Source of the DNA: Ramazzottius varieornatus
Taxonomy: Eukaryota; Animalia; Tardigrada
Assembly: GCA_001949185.1 (NCBI GenBank)
Contig: BDGG01000001.1
Coordinates: 4,329,624-4,393,623, forward strand
Length of the DNA stretch: 64,000 nucleotides
Direction of reading: 5' to 3'
In this document: positions 63,127 to 64,000 of the stretch, piece by piece
Layout: every line of letters starts with the position of its first letter
How positions within the stretch are numbered: position 1 is the stretch's first letter
Notes under the pieces: model-generated
Databases searched by the model: none
Told to the model about the DNA's origin: nothing
The model's input: the letters and a program-made list of their open reading frames with translations, nothing else
Program-made: the position numbers and the translations under genes

Positions 63127-64000
63127 CTTCCAGTTACAGTGCAATGCCAAATCTGACGCTTCGCTATTGTTCTAATCACCACGCAAAATTTGATTTGCGT
63201 TTCGAGTGGATTTTTATGGAAGACTTCGCCCTTCGGACTAAGTTAACCGGTGGAAGTATCTTGCTAGTTCTGTTGTGGTACGGTGATACGGTAATACGGT
63301 CAGAGACTATGAAACTGGCCTGAACAGCTCCGGTGTTCTTCACAAATGTTATCGTTGACGTGGTGGATAATTCAAAAGTCTTTGATATGTGTACGGAGAA
63401 AGTCTGTGAGTGAAGGAGGACGTCGATAACGTGCCGATTAGGATCAAGAGACGGCATCGTCATCATTATGCGCGCTCCTTCTCTCCGTTTTACTGCTTTA
63501 GAGCGTGAATTAAAAAGAGGATTAGTCGCTACATTGCTGTCTCTGGCCTTAAAGGAATGTTTAACTTTAAGCCGGGATGGCTGGAGCAGACCGTCTTTAT
63601 GCGGGTGTGTGGGTGTGTTGCACAGCTGTAATTATCTGTCTGGTAAACATCCATTATCGAGTTCTTCCTCGCTCTTCCCCATATACACAGCCACATGTGC
63701 AAAGCCAGCGTCCCTTCTTTCCCCCACTGCTAAATGCTCTCTCAGGAAGCTAGGGTATCAAATCCTGCAAGCGTAAAACGAGCAGCCGGGATTGTGGCAT
63801 AAAAGTTGACAAACAGCTTTTTCCACTTACATCACTGCACAATCAGAGAGAAAAAAGTGAGGACGACTTTTGGTTGCGCGCGCGCGCGGCCATAATCGTT
63901 CCTTCTTTCGATTTTTACGATCTTCCCCCTTCCTCACTCGCTCGGAATTCATGGCCATCCTGTGGTAGGAGGCCGACTTCCGGGAAGAGTCTTCCTTGCA

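Noticed and set aside
1-64000. tRNA, rRNA or CRISPR loci
   Set aside because: None recognisable by eye; tRNAscan-SE and Infernal would be needed to exclude small RNAs.

Overview
Compact, intron-rich animal genomic DNA with short introns. The style resembles a eutardigrade such as Ramazzottius, but that is inference only. There are two assembly gaps (6447-7081, 47218-47267). Genes in order: 5' part of a UBASH3/Sts-like gene (-), a Ly6/quiver-like three-finger protein (+), a secreted His-rich peptide precursor (+), three paralogous H-NOX soluble guanylyl cyclases that all end in CaaL motifs (-), a Tc4/Tc5-type transposon, RNF10 (-), a decayed HSP-25-like small heat-shock pseudogene (-), a neprilysin-like pseudopeptidase (+), NCLX (+), PPP1R14/CPI-17-like (+), a divergent 14-3-3 with a long Q/N/P-rich N-terminus (-), a two-RRM protein (-), a disrupted CAP-D3 fragment (-), an unusual receptor (+), and a class I myosin (-). 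The receptor is the most striking item: a PstS-like (type II periplasmic phosphate-binding) ectodomain fused to a transmembrane helix, a receptor-guanylyl-cyclase pseudokinase and a cyclase domain that has lost its catalytic residues. Several MITEs and an abundant ~110-bp degenerate palindromic element are also present. All family assignments come from motif recognition; no database searches were run.
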